Source: an uncultured Klebsiella sp. (GTDB lineage: Bacteria; Verrucomicrobiota; Verrucomicrobiia; Limisphaerales; SXTU01). Taken from it: a stretch of DNA of 64,000 bases. The notes beneath the pieces are model-generated. The model searched no databases. It was not told the DNA's origin and worked only from the letters and a program-made list of their open reading frames with translations. Shown here one piece after another: positions 18,418 to 27,847 of the stretch. Numbering within the stretch: the stretch's first letter is position 1; each line of letters begins with the position of its first letter. The stretch covers positions 1,117 through 65,116 of the forward strand of contig CAYZJP010000007.1 of the NCBI GenBank assembly GCA_964478755.1, written 5' to 3'. The position numbers and the translations under genes are program-made.

Positions 18418-19107
18418 TCACAGCTCTGATTCGTCCTCGGCCTTGAGCGTGGTGACCTGCGACGCGCCTTCGAGGGCGGTGACTTCGTTGACCAGTTCAT
18501 CAATGCGCGCGGGATCGCGGAGCAGGAGGCGGAAGGAGAAGTCCGCACCCTCGTAGCCCTGGTGCGAGCGCTGGCTGGCGAGGTGGACTTTGCGCGCGTG
18601 GCGGTTGAGCAGGAGGCTCAGTTCCATCAGCTCGCCGGGCGAGCGCGCCCAGTGGAGGTTGAGAATGAGGTCGAAGCGGTGGCGTGCGCCGAAGTTGGTG
18701 CCCCAAAGATAAATCATCATGATGAAGATGATGATCGCGCCGACGAGGGTGGTGGAAAACTTCTGGGTGCCGCAGCCCATGCCGATGAAGATGGAGGTGA
18801 GCACGAACGTGGTGTCGAGTGTGTCGCGCAGAATATTGCGGAACCGCACGATGGCGAACACAGCCATCATGCCAAAGGCGGTGACGATGTTGTTCGACAG
18901 CACGGTCATCACGAGCGAGACGATGACGGGCGTCACAACCAGTGCGTTCACAAACGAGCGCGAGTAGCTCAGGCCGGCATGCGTGATCATGTAGGTCCAC
19001 GCCAAGGTCTGCCCGAGAAGGAAGGACAGCAGCAGGCCAAGGGTGACGGCGGGAATATTGGGCGGAGCCAGCGAGGTGTCGCCTTGGAAGAAAAGCCACT
19101 CGTTCAT
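18418..19107 (-). CDS. DUF4956 domain membrane protein
   Basis: 229-aa ORF with N-terminal transmembrane helices and an AVFAIVRFRNILRDTLDTTFVL motif. Sits next to a VTC-domain gene, which is the usual pairing. Confidence 0.7.
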   Translation of the reverse strand: MNEWLFFQGDTSLAPPNIPAVTLGLLLSFLLGQTLAWTYMITHAGLSYSRSFVNALVVTPVIVSLVMTVLSNNIVTAFGMMAVFAIVRFRNILRDTLDTTFVLTSIFIGMGCGTQKFSTTLVGAIIIFIMMIYLWGTNFGARHRFDLILNLHWARSPGELMELSLLLNRHARKVHLASQRSHQGYEGADFSFRLLLRDPARIDELVNEVTALEGASQVTTLKAEDESEL

Positions 19108-19137
19108 GCGCGTCTTGGTTTCGGTTTGCGGAGCAGG

Positions 19138-19161
19138 ATTAAGATTACAATTAAGATTACG
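19138..19161. repeat. Tandem 12-mer ATTAAGATTACA x2 in the VTC-DUF4956 intergenic spacer
   Basis: ggATTAAGATTACAATTAAGATTACgagg. An AT-rich patch between the stop at 19171 and the start at 19107. Confidence 0.6.
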
Positions 19162-19170
19162 AGGAAAAAA

Positions 19171-20043
19171 TCAGAAAAGCGTTCTGGTCGCGCGCACGTC
19201 TTCGTAAAACATGTGCGAGTCATCAAACTCCTCCAGCGGTTGCCGGGCGCGCATTGCCTGGGTCGCGCAGGGCCAACTGAAAAACTTCTCACCCTTGAGC
19301 GCGATGCCGTCGGCATATTTCGCCGCCGTGGTGGTGGTGAGGCCGAAGATGCGCGTGCATTCCCGCAGGAAGTCCGGGAAGCGGCCGGTGAACTTGAACT
19401 CAAGGATCACGTCTTTGCCGAAGACGCAGGTCGGGTTGATGTGGTCGGTCCCAAGCCGCGCGGTCGGCTCGGGCGAGATGAGCACGTTGCGGTCGAAGGT
19501 GACACGGAGCGAATTGTCGTGCTGGCTGACCCACGCTTCGCGGAGATAATGGACGTGAGCCTTGGGCACGGCCTTGTATTCCTTGAGGAATTGGCTGAAG
19601 CGCTGGAGCGCGACGAGTTCCTTGGGGTTGCCCGCTTTGACGAGATGGTCGGGCTGGGGGAGATGCCCCGCGAGCACGTAGTCCACCGATTTGCGCCGCA
19701 CGCCGCCGCGCTGCTTGAGGATGGCGTTGTTCATCCGGCGCTTGATCTCGAAGAACACTGGCGACTCCGGCTCGTTGTCGTAGAATCGCAGCCGCAGTTT
19801 GAAGCGGTTTTTGTTTCCGTTGATCGTGTGCCAGTAAATCGACAGCGCCTCGGAGTCGAGGTAGAGGCTGTGAATGGGGTAAGAGTTGTGCGGTTTGCCG
19901 ACGCCGTAGTCGTCCAGCACGGTGTAGGAACTGATGAACCGCGCGACCGCCAGCGCGGTGCGCTCTGGGATGATGTATTTCAACTCCCAGCGCGAAATCT
20001 GCATTTCCCGGCTCATGGCATCGTGGCAAACGTCCGCAAACAA
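19171..20043 (-). CDS. VTC-domain (polyphosphate-polymerase-like) protein
   Basis: 290-aa ORF: ISRWELKYIIPE...YPIHSLYLDS...FKLRLRFYDN...FFEIKRR, typical of bacterial VTC/CYTH-like tunnel domains. The start could be the internal MSREMQ. Confidence 0.7.
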   Translation of the reverse strand: MFADVCHDAMSREMQISRWELKYIIPERTALAVARFISSYTVLDDYGVGKPHNSYPIHSLYLDSEALSIYWHTINGNKNRFKLRLRFYDNEPESPVFFEIKRRMNNAILKQRGGVRRKSVDYVLAGHLPQPDHLVKAGNPKELVALQRFSQFLKEYKAVPKAHVHYLREAWVSQHDNSLRVTFDRNVLISPEPTARLGTDHINPTCVFGKDVILEFKFTGRFPDFLRECTRIFGLTTTTAAKYADGIALKGEKFFSWPCATQAMRARQPLEEFDDSHMFYEDVRATRTLF

Positions 20044-20154
20044 CCGTTGGAACGAGCGCGGTTGTTACAGGGAAGTGACGGTAAGGTAAAGATTTTCCGC
20101 TGAAACTTGGTGGTTTTCATCCTTCGGTTGCTCAGCTACACACGGACAAACGCC

Positions 20155-21390
20155 ATGAGCCTCGCCACCCATTTGCGCGCGACCGGAGTGCTCCTTGTCG
20201 CCTTGAGCCTCGGACCAGTCGCGCGAGCTGCCGCGCCGCTTGACTTCGACGAGCGCCTCAAGTCGTTTGCCGCCGAGCAGGAAGTGCTGGTCCGCACTCT
20301 GGCGGCCAAACAGCAAGTGCGGGTTGAATCCTCGGTGGGCGAATTCTTCTCGGCCGCAAAAGCCGGTGAATGGAAGGTTGTGACCAACAAGTTTCGTCCC
20401 GTCAGCACGGGGACACCTCAATGGGATTTCGCCAAACCGCATCCAGCCGTGGCCGCGGGAGTTTGGCCGGCGATCGCCGACGTTGGCCTTGCGACCGAAG
20501 TGCTGGTGAAAATGCTGCCCCGGTATGTCGCAATCCTGACTCATGACCTGACGGCAGGACTCCCGCCGGGTGCAATCACTCTGGCCGGCACCGATGCGGG
20601 CTTTCTCTGTCCGACGGTTTTCAGCCGCCCATTGGCTGATGGAGAAAAACGGTTCACTCTTCATCAGAGTTCCTTGACGGCGGCTGGACAATTCTACCTT
20701 CCCGGCAAATTTGACGACACCATCAAGGTGCTGCCAGACGCGGACGAACGGCAACGTGGGCGCGCAATCTTCGAAGCTAATCCAAATCGCGAATTCTTCG
20801 TCGTGGAAGGATTCCCGGTGGACTGGATGTATCCCCACCTCACCCCACATGGAGCCGTCCTAAAGCTGAATCGCGAGCGCATCGGAACGCTGACAGAGGA
20901 AATCTTGATGAATGATCGGTCGTTTTGGTCGGGGCGAATAAAGCAGTTTCTGGGTGCCGACTTCGCGCCACCCGTGACGGTGAAGGAGGTCTGCGACTTC
21001 GTTGACCGGGCCTACGGGCGCCGCGACTTGAAGGGCTTCGCCGGCGATCCGCGCTATCTCCAAAACGAAACTGCGCAAGCAGTCTATTCCAAACTCCGCG
21101 TTGCTATCGCAGGCAACTATTCCTGGCGAGCTGGCCGCTCAGCGAGCGAGCCCGCTGAACAGCAGCGGATGAACGCGGCGGCTGACGGCGCCTTCCTGCA
21201 AGCGTTCGCACTGTGCCCGACCAGTCAGGAAGTGTTGTTTCGTTACCTGAACCTGCTCATTGCGCTACACCGCCATGATGACGCTCTGCTGCTTGTAGAC
21301 TTGGCAGTTAAACTTGCACCGCAAAATCGTTCATTGGAGAAGCTCCGACCGCAATTGGAAAACCTCAAGGCAGGTGTGCCGCTCAAATAG
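20155..21390 (+). CDS. Secreted hypothetical protein with a TPR-like C-terminus
   Basis: Track ORF is 20107..21390, trimmed to ATG 20155 (MSLATHLRATGVLLVALSLGPVARAAAP signal). I recognised no family. Confidence 0.55.
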   Translation: MSLATHLRATGVLLVALSLGPVARAAAPLDFDERLKSFAAEQEVLVRTLAAKQQVRVESSVGEFFSAAKAGEWKVVTNKFRPVSTGTPQWDFAKPHPAVAAGVWPAIADVGLATEVLVKMLPRYVAILTHDLTAGLPPGAITLAGTDAGFLCPTVFSRPLADGEKRFTLHQSSLTAAGQFYLPGKFDDTIKVLPDADERQRGRAIFEANPNREFFVVEGFPVDWMYPHLTPHGAVLKLNRERIGTLTEEILMNDRSFWSGRIKQFLGADFAPPVTVKEVCDFVDRAYGRRDLKGFAGDPRYLQNETAQAVYSKLRVAIAGNYSWRAGRSASEPAEQQRMNAAADGAFLQAFALCPTSQEVLFRYLNLLIALHRHDDALLLVDLAVKLAPQNRSLEKLRPQLENLKAGVPLK

Positions 21391-21446
21391 GAACCGGCCC
21401 GCAATTCGCGTGACTTCCCGGCGCGCTGCCGTTACCAACCCGCGCC

Positions 21447-22367
21447 ATGCTCGGTGCTGTCCTCGCCACGATCTGCTTCGCCTTCTCCGCCGTCTCCGGC
21501 GCGCGGGTGGCCAAGCTCATGGGCGGCACCGAGGCGAATTTCTGGCGGCTCTCGCTGGCCGCGATCTTACTCGCGGCGATGGCGCACGCGTTTGGCTCAG
21601 GGCTGGCGGGCAATGGGTTTTACGTCTTCATCATCAGCGGCTGTATCGGCTTCGGGCTGGGCGACGTTTCACTTTTCCAAGCTTACCCACGCCTCGGCTC
21701 GCGGCTCACGATCCTCATAGTGCATTGTCTCGCCGCGCCGTTTGCCGGGCTAGTCGAATGGCTGTGGCTGGGCACGACCCTCACGCTGGCGCAGATGTTT
21801 TGCGGGGCGGTGATCCTCGCTGGCGTGGCGGGCGCGTTGGCGCCCGAGCATGAGACACACGAGGAGCGGCGTCAGTTCGGCATCGGGATTTTCTTCGCCG
21901 TGCTGGGTGCGATTGGCCAGGGCGGTGGCGTCGTCCTGAGCCGCAAGGCGTATGAGCTTTGCCGGCTCGCGGACCAGCCGATGGACGGGATCACGGCGGC
22001 CTACCAGCGTATTCTTGGCGGCGTGGTCATCTCCGGCCTCGCGTTGCTCGTGGTGAAGCGACAGTTCCTCCTTGCCCGGGCGGAGGTCGCCGTCGCGCCC
22101 GATGCGATGTCCACGACGGAGAAGTGGCAAAAGTCCGGCAAGTGGATTGTCTTCAACGCGCTCGCCGGGCCGACGCTCGGAGTGAGCTGCTATCAATGGG
22201 CGCTCAAGACCACGCCCTCCGCCATGGTGCTGCCCATCGTCGCGCTGTCGCCGCTGGTGGTGATGCCGTTCGCGCGGTGGATGGAGCAGGAGCGACCCTC
22301 GAAGCGCTCGACACTCGGAGCCGTCATCGCCGTGGCTGGCGCCGTGGCGCTCGCTTTGGCCAAGTAG
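21447..22367 (+). CDS. EamA/DMT family transporter
   Basis: 306-aa ORF with about 10 hydrophobic helices and the two-repeat EamA-like organisation. Confidence 0.75.
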   Translation: MLGAVLATICFAFSAVSGARVAKLMGGTEANFWRLSLAAILLAAMAHAFGSGLAGNGFYVFIISGCIGFGLGDVSLFQAYPRLGSRLTILIVHCLAAPFAGLVEWLWLGTTLTLAQMFCGAVILAGVAGALAPEHETHEERRQFGIGIFFAVLGAIGQGGGVVLSRKAYELCRLADQPMDGITAAYQRILGGVVISGLALLVVKRQFLLARAEVAVAPDAMSTTEKWQKSGKWIVFNALAGPTLGVSCYQWALKTTPSAMVLPIVALSPLVVMPFARWMEQERPSKRSTLGAVIAVAGAVALALAK

Positions 22368-22459
22368 TCGCAGCCTTGCACCATCGTCACTTCCCGGTAA
22401 CTTCCGCAGCCCAGCCGCGTCTGAATCGCGCTGTTGCTGAAACCTTGACCAAGCCAACC

Positions 22460-25039
22460 ATGTTGTCCCGCGCTCTCTTTGCCTTGCTCCTCACCGCCGC
22501 CGTCACGTTCGCGCAGAACGGCGACAAGCCCGGCGAAAAACAGGAGTCGCGCGTTCCCAGGGAAAAAATCCCCGCCAACCCGCCGCTCACTCCCGAGGAC
22601 GCGCTCAAGACCTTCAAGCTCCCGCGCGGCTTCCGCATCGAGGTCGTCGCAGCGGACCCGCTCATCGAAACGCCCATCGCGATGCAGTGGGATGCCGCTG
22701 GTCGCTTGTGGGTCGTCGAGATGCCGAGCTACATGCCCACGCCCACAGCGGACGGCGAGAACGAGCCGATCAACCGCATCAGCGTCCTGGAGTCCACGCG
22801 CGGCGATGGGAAGTTTGACAAGAAAACCGTCTTCCTCGACAAGCTCGTGATGCCCCGTGCGCTCTGTCTGGCCTACGGCGGCGTGCTCGTGTGCGAGCCG
22901 CCCGCGCTCTGGTGGTATCCGATTGAAGCCGGCTTGAAGCCCGGCCAACGCGTGCTGGTGGACAAGGCTTACGCGCCCGGCGGCGATCCCGCGCTCGGCA
23001 CGAAAAAAAACCCGGAGCACACCGCGAACAGCCCGACGTGGTTCATGAACAACTGGATTGTTTCCGCGAACCACACCTTCCGTTACCGCCGCGTGGACGA
23101 TGAATGGAAGCGCTCCGGCACGACGTTTCGCGGCCAGTGGGGCATGACAATGGACGACTGGGGCCGGCCGTTCTACAACTCGAATTCCGACCAGCTCCGC
23201 TCCGATCTAGTGCCGAGCGAGTATTATTTCCGCAATCCCTTCTATCGCGCCACCGCCGGCCTGAATCTCCAGCCGCTCAAAGACCAGACCGTCTGGCCGG
23301 GCCGCGTGAACCCCGGCGTGAATCGCGGCTATCAGGAGAAGCAGCTCAAGCCTGACGGCCGCCTCGCCACCTACACCGCGACGTGCGGGCCGGTGATATA
23401 TCGCGGCGACAATTTCCCCGCTGAGTTCCTTGGCAACGCCTTCATCCCCGAGCCGGCGGCCAACATGGTCCGTCGCATGGTGCTCACCGAAAAGCCCGGC
23501 GAGATATCCGGCGTGAATCCCTACAAGGAAGCTGAGTTCCTCACCTCCACCGACGAACTGTTCCGCCCCATCAATGCCTACACCGGCCCCGACGGCTGCC
23601 TTTACCTCATTGATATGTATCAGGGCATCCTCCAGCACCGCGTCTTCCTGACGAGCTACCTCCGCCAGCAGGCCGAGAGCCGTGGCCTCGACAAGGTGCA
23701 TCGGCGCGGACGCATCTACCGCATCGTGCATGAGAGCAAAAAGCCCAGCGCGATCCCGCAGCTCGCTTCGGCCTCGCCCGCTGACTTGGTGAACCGCCTC
23801 GGCCATCCGAACGGCTGGGTGCGTGACACCGCGCAGCGTTTGCTCGTCGAAAAATCTCCCGCCGCCGCGCTTGTCCCGCTCAAGGAGGCGGCCCGCTCCG
23901 CCGCCGATCCGCGCGCGCGCCTCCACGCGCTTTGGACGCTCGACGGCATGGGCCAGATGGACACCGCCACGCTGCTCGCAGCGCTGGAAAAAGAGAAACA
24001 TCCGAAAGTCCGTGCCGTCGCCATCCGCATCGCCGACACCGCGCTGAAGACTTCCGACAAGGACAAGGTTCTTCCGCAGCTCGTCTCGCTGGCGGGCAGC
24101 AAAGACCTGGATGTGCAGGTTCAGCTCGCGTTCACGCTTGGAGAAGCGAAGGAACCCGCCGCCGAGGCCGCGATGCTCACGCTCGCGCGCAACGCCGGCA
24201 CGAACGCGCTCGTGCGCGACGCACTCATAAGCGGCCTTGCGCTGCACGAGGTCGAAATGCTGGAACGCCTTTTCGCGGACAAGTCCTGGGAGGACAAGGC
24301 GAAGGTCGCTGGCGGCGAAGCCTTCATCGGCGCACTGGCCAAGAGTGTTTTCCAACAGGCGAAGGGCGATCGGGTAAACCGCTTGCTGGAACAAATCACG
24401 CGCAAGGAAACGCCCAAGTGGCAAACGCTGGCTGTCCTCGCGAGCCTCAACGCCCCCGCGCCCTCAACCAGGAAGAACGAGCCGCCGCCGCGTGTGAAGT
24501 ATGTGAAGCTCGCCGCCGAACCGCCCGCGCTCGCCTTGCTCGCGCAATCCGACGACAAGACCGTTCAGGCCGCCGTCAAGAAACTGGACAAGGTGGTTGT
24601 GTGGCCCGGCAAGCCTGGCGTGGTGCTGCCCGTCATCAAGCCGCTGACCGAAGCCGAGCAGGCGCGCTTCACCACCGGCAAGACGATGTTCGAGGCCACT
24701 TGCGCCGCGTGCCATCAATTGCACGGCTACGGTCAGGACGGCCTCGCACCGCCGCTCGTGGACAGCGAATGGGTGGCCGGCCCGCCGGAGCGGCTCGCGC
24801 GCATCGTTCTGCACGGCCTCGGCGGACCCGTCACTGTCCTCGGCAAGAAGTGGGATCTCGACATGCCCGCCCACAACACGTTCGACGACGAGACCATCGC
24901 CGCCGTGCTGACCTTCATCCGCCGCGAGTGGGACCACGGCTACGACCCCGTCTCGCCGGACTTGATCAAGAAGGCCCGTGCCGCCACCGTCGGTCGCGAG
25001 TCGGCATGGACCGATGGGGAGTTGAAGAAAATCAAGTAG
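22460..25039 (+). CDS. PVC-type dehydrogenase propeller / HEAT / cytochrome c protein (paralog 3 of 3)
   Basis: Track ORF is 21959..25039 and overlaps the upstream transporter. I trimmed it to in-frame ATG 22460 (MLSRALFALLLTAAVTFAQ signal). Contains VVAADPLIETPIAMQWDAAGRLWVVEM and CAACHQLHGYGQDG (CxxCH). Confidence 0.8.
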   Translation: MLSRALFALLLTAAVTFAQNGDKPGEKQESRVPREKIPANPPLTPEDALKTFKLPRGFRIEVVAADPLIETPIAMQWDAAGRLWVVEMPSYMPTPTADGENEPINRISVLESTRGDGKFDKKTVFLDKLVMPRALCLAYGGVLVCEPPALWWYPIEAGLKPGQRVLVDKAYAPGGDPALGTKKNPEHTANSPTWFMNNWIVSANHTFRYRRVDDEWKRSGTTFRGQWGMTMDDWGRPFYNSNSDQLRSDLVPSEYYFRNPFYRATAGLNLQPLKDQTVWPGRVNPGVNRGYQEKQLKPDGRLATYTATCGPVIYRGDNFPAEFLGNAFIPEPAANMVRRMVLTEKPGEISGVNPYKEAEFLTSTDELFRPINAYTGPDGCLYLIDMYQGILQHRVFLTSYLRQQAESRGLDKVHRRGRIYRIVHESKKPSAIPQLASASPADLVNRLGHPNGWVRDTAQRLLVEKSPAAALVPLKEAARSAADPRARLHALWTLDGMGQMDTATLLAALEKEKHPKVRAVAIRIADTALKTSDKDKVLPQLVSLAGSKDLDVQVQLAFTLGEAKEPAAEAAMLTLARNAGTNALVRDALISGLALHEVEMLERLFADKSWEDKAKVAGGEAFIGALAKSVFQQAKGDRVNRLLEQITRKETPKWQTLAVLASLNAPAPSTRKNEPPPRVKYVKLAAEPPALALLAQSDDKTVQAAVKKLDKVVVWPGKPGVVLPVIKPLTEAEQARFTTGKTMFEATCAACHQLHGYGQDGLAPPLVDSEWVAGPPERLARIVLHGLGGPVTVLGKKWDLDMPAHNTFDDETIAAVLTFIRREWDHGYDPVSPDLIKKARAATVGRESAWTDGELKKIK

Positions 25040-25131
25040 GACGGCGAAATAACCGTTTGCATCCCAGCGGACGTGTGTTAGAAACCGCGCTCCGTTCGGG
25101 CGGTCTGGACGGCAAAAACTTTTCAGAAGCT

Positions 25132-25287
25132 ATGTCACAACATCGCAGTCTCCGCGCCTCCAGCACCCTCGGGGCGAAGCGCAACGTGTTGAAGCGTTAC
25201 GAGCGCGTCGAGGTCCTCAAGAAGGCCGGCAGTTGGAAAGCGGGCGACCGCGTCACCGGACTGCGCAAGACCAAGCCTCCGGTCTAA
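25132..25287 (+). CDS. Conserved small basic protein (51 aa)
   Basis: MSQHRSLRASSTLGAKRNVLKRYERVEVLKKAGSWKAGDRVTGLRKTKPPV, in frame within track ORF 23932..25287. It resembles a small basic protein family I recall from PVC bacteria. A hairpin terminator follows at 25333-25369. Confidence 0.55.
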   Translation: MSQHRSLRASSTLGAKRNVLKRYERVEVLKKAGSWKAGDRVTGLRKTKPPV

Positions 25288-25332
25288 GCCGCCGGTCCCG
25301 CGCCGCGTCCACCTGCTGAACTCTTTCACGGG

Positions 25333-25369
25333 AAGCCGTCCGCCGCGAGGTGGGACGGCTTTCTTCGCT
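25333..25369 (+). terminator. Rho-independent-like terminator after the small basic protein gene
   Basis: AAGCCGTCC-(11-nt loop)-GGACGGCTT followed by TCTTCGCTT. Lies 46 nt after the stop at 25287. Confidence 0.5.
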
Positions 25370-25370
25370 T

Positions 25371-26120
25371 GTGCAAGTCCGCCTCCAAAAGTTTCTCGCC
25401 GAAGCCGGCGTGGCCTCCCGCCGCGCCAGCGAACGGCTGATCGTCAACGGCCTCGTCGAAATCAATGGCCGGGTCGTCAAGGAACTCGGCAGCAAGGTGA
25501 ATCCTGACCACGACGCGGTGAAGGTCGAGGGCCATCCCGTCAAAACCCGCCGCAAGCTTTACGTCGCCCTGCACAAGCCGCGCGGCTTTCTCTCCACGCG
25601 CAGTGACGAGCTGGAGCGGCGCATCGTCACCGATTTGCTCCCGAAGGAATGGTCGCATCTGCATCCGGTCGGAAGGCTCGACAAGGACAGCGAGGGGCTG
25701 ATTTTTCTTACCAACGACGGCGAGTTCACCCTCCGCCTCACGCATCCACGTTTCGGTGTGCGGAAGTGTTACCGCGCCATCGTCGAAGGCCGCGTCGAGC
25801 CGGTGATGCTCCGTCGCTTCCTCGAAGGCGTCGAGCACGAGGGCGAGACGCTCAAGGCCGAGCGCGCCCGCATCGTGGACGCGAACAACTCGCACAGCAT
25901 CGTCGAGCTGGAACTCGCCGAGGGCAAGAACCGCGAGGTGCGCCGCCTCTTCGAGTCGCAAAACCTCATCGTCGAACGCCTCCAGCGCACGCAGATCGGA
26001 CCCATCCGCCTCGCCGAGCTGCCCGAGGGCAAGTGGCGCGCGTTGACCGAAGCGGAAGTAAAATCCCTCCTCAAACTCGCCCCGGTGGCCATTCCGTCCA
26101 CCAAGACGGCCATCCTGTAA
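25371..26120 (+). CDS. rluB: Pseudouridine synthase, RluB/RsuA family
   Basis: S4 domain (VRLQKFLAEAGVASRRASERLI) and catalytic GRLDKDSEGLIFLTNDGE. The track start, GTG 25350, lies in the loop of the upstream terminator hairpin. I prefer the in-frame GTG 25371 (VQVRLQKFL). Confidence 0.85.
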   Translation: MQVRLQKFLAEAGVASRRASERLIVNGLVEINGRVVKELGSKVNPDHDAVKVEGHPVKTRRKLYVALHKPRGFLSTRSDELERRIVTDLLPKEWSHLHPVGRLDKDSEGLIFLTNDGEFTLRLTHPRFGVRKCYRAIVEGRVEPVMLRRFLEGVEHEGETLKAERARIVDANNSHSIVELELAEGKNREVRRLFESQNLIVERLQRTQIGPIRLAELPEGKWRALTEAEVKSLLKLAPVAIPSTKTAIL

Positions 26121-26305
26121 GGAAAGACGATCATCCTCTCGTGGAAGATGGCCATTCTGCCGCAGAATTCGGTCATCCTGCGGTGCAAGATGATGGTCTT
26201 ATCGTGAAGGATAGCCATCCGATAGAGAAAGATGCTCGTCCTGTCGTGAAGGTTGACCATCGGCTACCGCAGTCGTTCTGTCCTGCGGCGTCTGTTCTTT
26301 GTCCG
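26087..26305. repeat. Degenerate tandem array with strict 21-bp period, ~11 units (consensus about GGCCATCCTGnnGTGnAAGAT)
   Basis: The CAT (or CGT/TGT) of the unit falls at 26090, 26111, 26132, 26153, 26174, (26195), 26216, 26237, 26258, 26279 and 26300. The array begins in the last 34 nt of rluB and fills the convergent gap to the PQQ-propeller gene. Confidence 0.85.
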
Positions 26306-26329
26306 GACGCATCCGTTGGCGGGCGGCAG

Positions 26330-27847
26330 TTACCGTAAGTCAAAGCACGCCATCTCGATGGCGTTCCGCACGAAGAGCTTTCCGCCCGCGAGCGCCGGGT
26401 GGTTCCACGTCTTGCCTTTGATGCCGGGGATGCGCGCGAGTTCCTCGTGCTGTGCGGGAGATGCCTTTACCAAGGCAAGGTCGCCGTTTCCGCACAAAAT
26501 AATCAGGTTTCCGCCCGCCAGCACTGGCTGGCCGTATCCGTAGCGGCCGTCCTTCCAGCGCCGCTCGCCCGTTGCGGCGTCGAGGCAGACGAGGATGTCC
26601 TCGTCGAGTCCGTAGAGATGGCCGTTGTGCAGCACCGAGCTGGTGAACTTGTTCTTCAGGAATTTGTTCCGCCACAGTTCCTTCACTGCGAAACTGCTGC
26701 CGGTGTCCGTGCGATTCAACTCAAGCCCCACCGCGCCAGTGCCGTAGCCGCCGCTGAGCACGACGCGGTTCGTGCCGGTCACGATGGGCTGGGCGATGGT
26801 GTTGTCGAACTCGACGTGCCACGGGAAACGCCACAGCGCCTTGCCGTCCGCTGGCGACACGCCAAGCAAATGGCCTGCGCTGTGGATGAGCAACTGCCGT
26901 TCGCCCGCGAGCGTGACGAGCATCGGGGACGAGTAAGCGGCCTTGTCTTCGAGCGCTTTCCACCTCGGCGAGCCGGAGACTTTGTCGTAAGCGATCAGCA
27001 TCCGTCCGTCGCGGCCCTGCGGGTCGCCAGCGAGCACGAGCACCTTGTCATCCACGATGAGCGGCGCGGCGCTGAGCGCGAAGAAAAGGTTCGAGCAACT
27101 GTTCTCGGTGAGCAGGTCGTGCTGCCAGAGCAGCTTGCCAGTCGCTGCTTCGAGACAATGAAACTGGCCCGTGCCACCGAGCGCGTAGAGCCGGCCCTCG
27201 TGCCAAGTCGGCGTCGCGCGCGGGCCTTCGCCGCCCATCCACTCCTGAAAGTGCGCGGCGTAACTGTGCGCCCAGACCTCGCGACCCGTCTCGACTTCGT
27301 AGGCCGTCACCGCCTCCTGCTCGCGCCGCTGCTCGATGGTAAACGTCAACCCATTCGCGACCACGAACGACGCGTAGCCACCGCCAACCGGCTGCCGCCA
27401 CAGCAGCCTCGGCGGCGACTTCACCCAATCCACGTTGATGGGCTGCTCGGTGTAGTGACCGTCGCGCTTCGGGCCGCGGAAGTCGATCCAGTAAGGCGGC
27501 GTGGTTTGCCTTAGAGCGGGCGGCGCGGGCTTCGCTGCGGGCGAAATGCCGGTGCTCGCCCGCGCCTTTTCCAGTCGCGCGTAGTCGGTGACTTGCCAGG
27601 TGGGGATCGGAATCGGCCGCCCCTGCATCTCGAAGCGAAGCCCGGTGAACTTGTGCAGCAGGAAAAGAATCGCCGCCGCATAGACAAGCGAGAACAGCCC
27701 GACTCCCAGCGTGCCGAACAGCTTGCGCCAAACACTTGCCGGTCCGCGCCAAAGCAGCCACAAACCAGCCGGCGGAAACGCGAGCGTGGCCAGCCGGAGG
27801 CGACGAGCAGAAGTGGAGGCTTCTCCGGCTGGCGGTTTGGAATTCAT
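26330..27847 (-). CDS. PQQ-like beta-propeller repeat protein (BamB-like fold) with an N-terminal membrane anchor
   Basis: Track ORF is 26330..27967, trimmed to ATG 27847 (MNSKPP...). Repeated motifs of the form LYALGGTGQFHCLEAATGKLLW and VCLDAATGERRW. Confidence 0.75.
   Translation of the reverse strand: MNSKPPAGEASTSARRLRLATLAFPPAGLWLLWRGPASVWRKLFGTLGVGLFSLVYAAAILFLLHKFTGLRFEMQGRPIPIPTWQVTDYARLEKARASTGISPAAKPAPPALRQTTPPYWIDFRGPKRDGHYTEQPINVDWVKSPPRLLWRQPVGGGYASFVVANGLTFTIEQRREQEAVTAYEVETGREVWAHSYAAHFQEWMGGEGPRATPTWHEGRLYALGGTGQFHCLEAATGKLLWQHDLLTENSCSNLFFALSAAPLIVDDKVLVLAGDPQGRDGRMLIAYDKVSGSPRWKALEDKAAYSSPMLVTLAGERQLLIHSAGHLLGVSPADGKALWRFPWHVEFDNTIAQPIVTGTNRVVLSGGYGTGAVGLELNRTDTGSSFAVKELWRNKFLKNKFTSSVLHNGHLYGLDEDILVCLDAATGERRWKDGRYGYGQPVLAGGNLIILCGNGDLALVKASPAQHEELARIPGIKGKTWNHPALAGGKLFVRNAIEMACFDLR

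Noticed and set aside
26087-26305. Possibility that the two periodic arrays (26087-26305 and 37709-37990) are CRISPR arrays.
   Set aside because: The period is 21 bp with no unique spacers between repeats. The units are degenerate rather than conserved, and there are no cas genes in the window.
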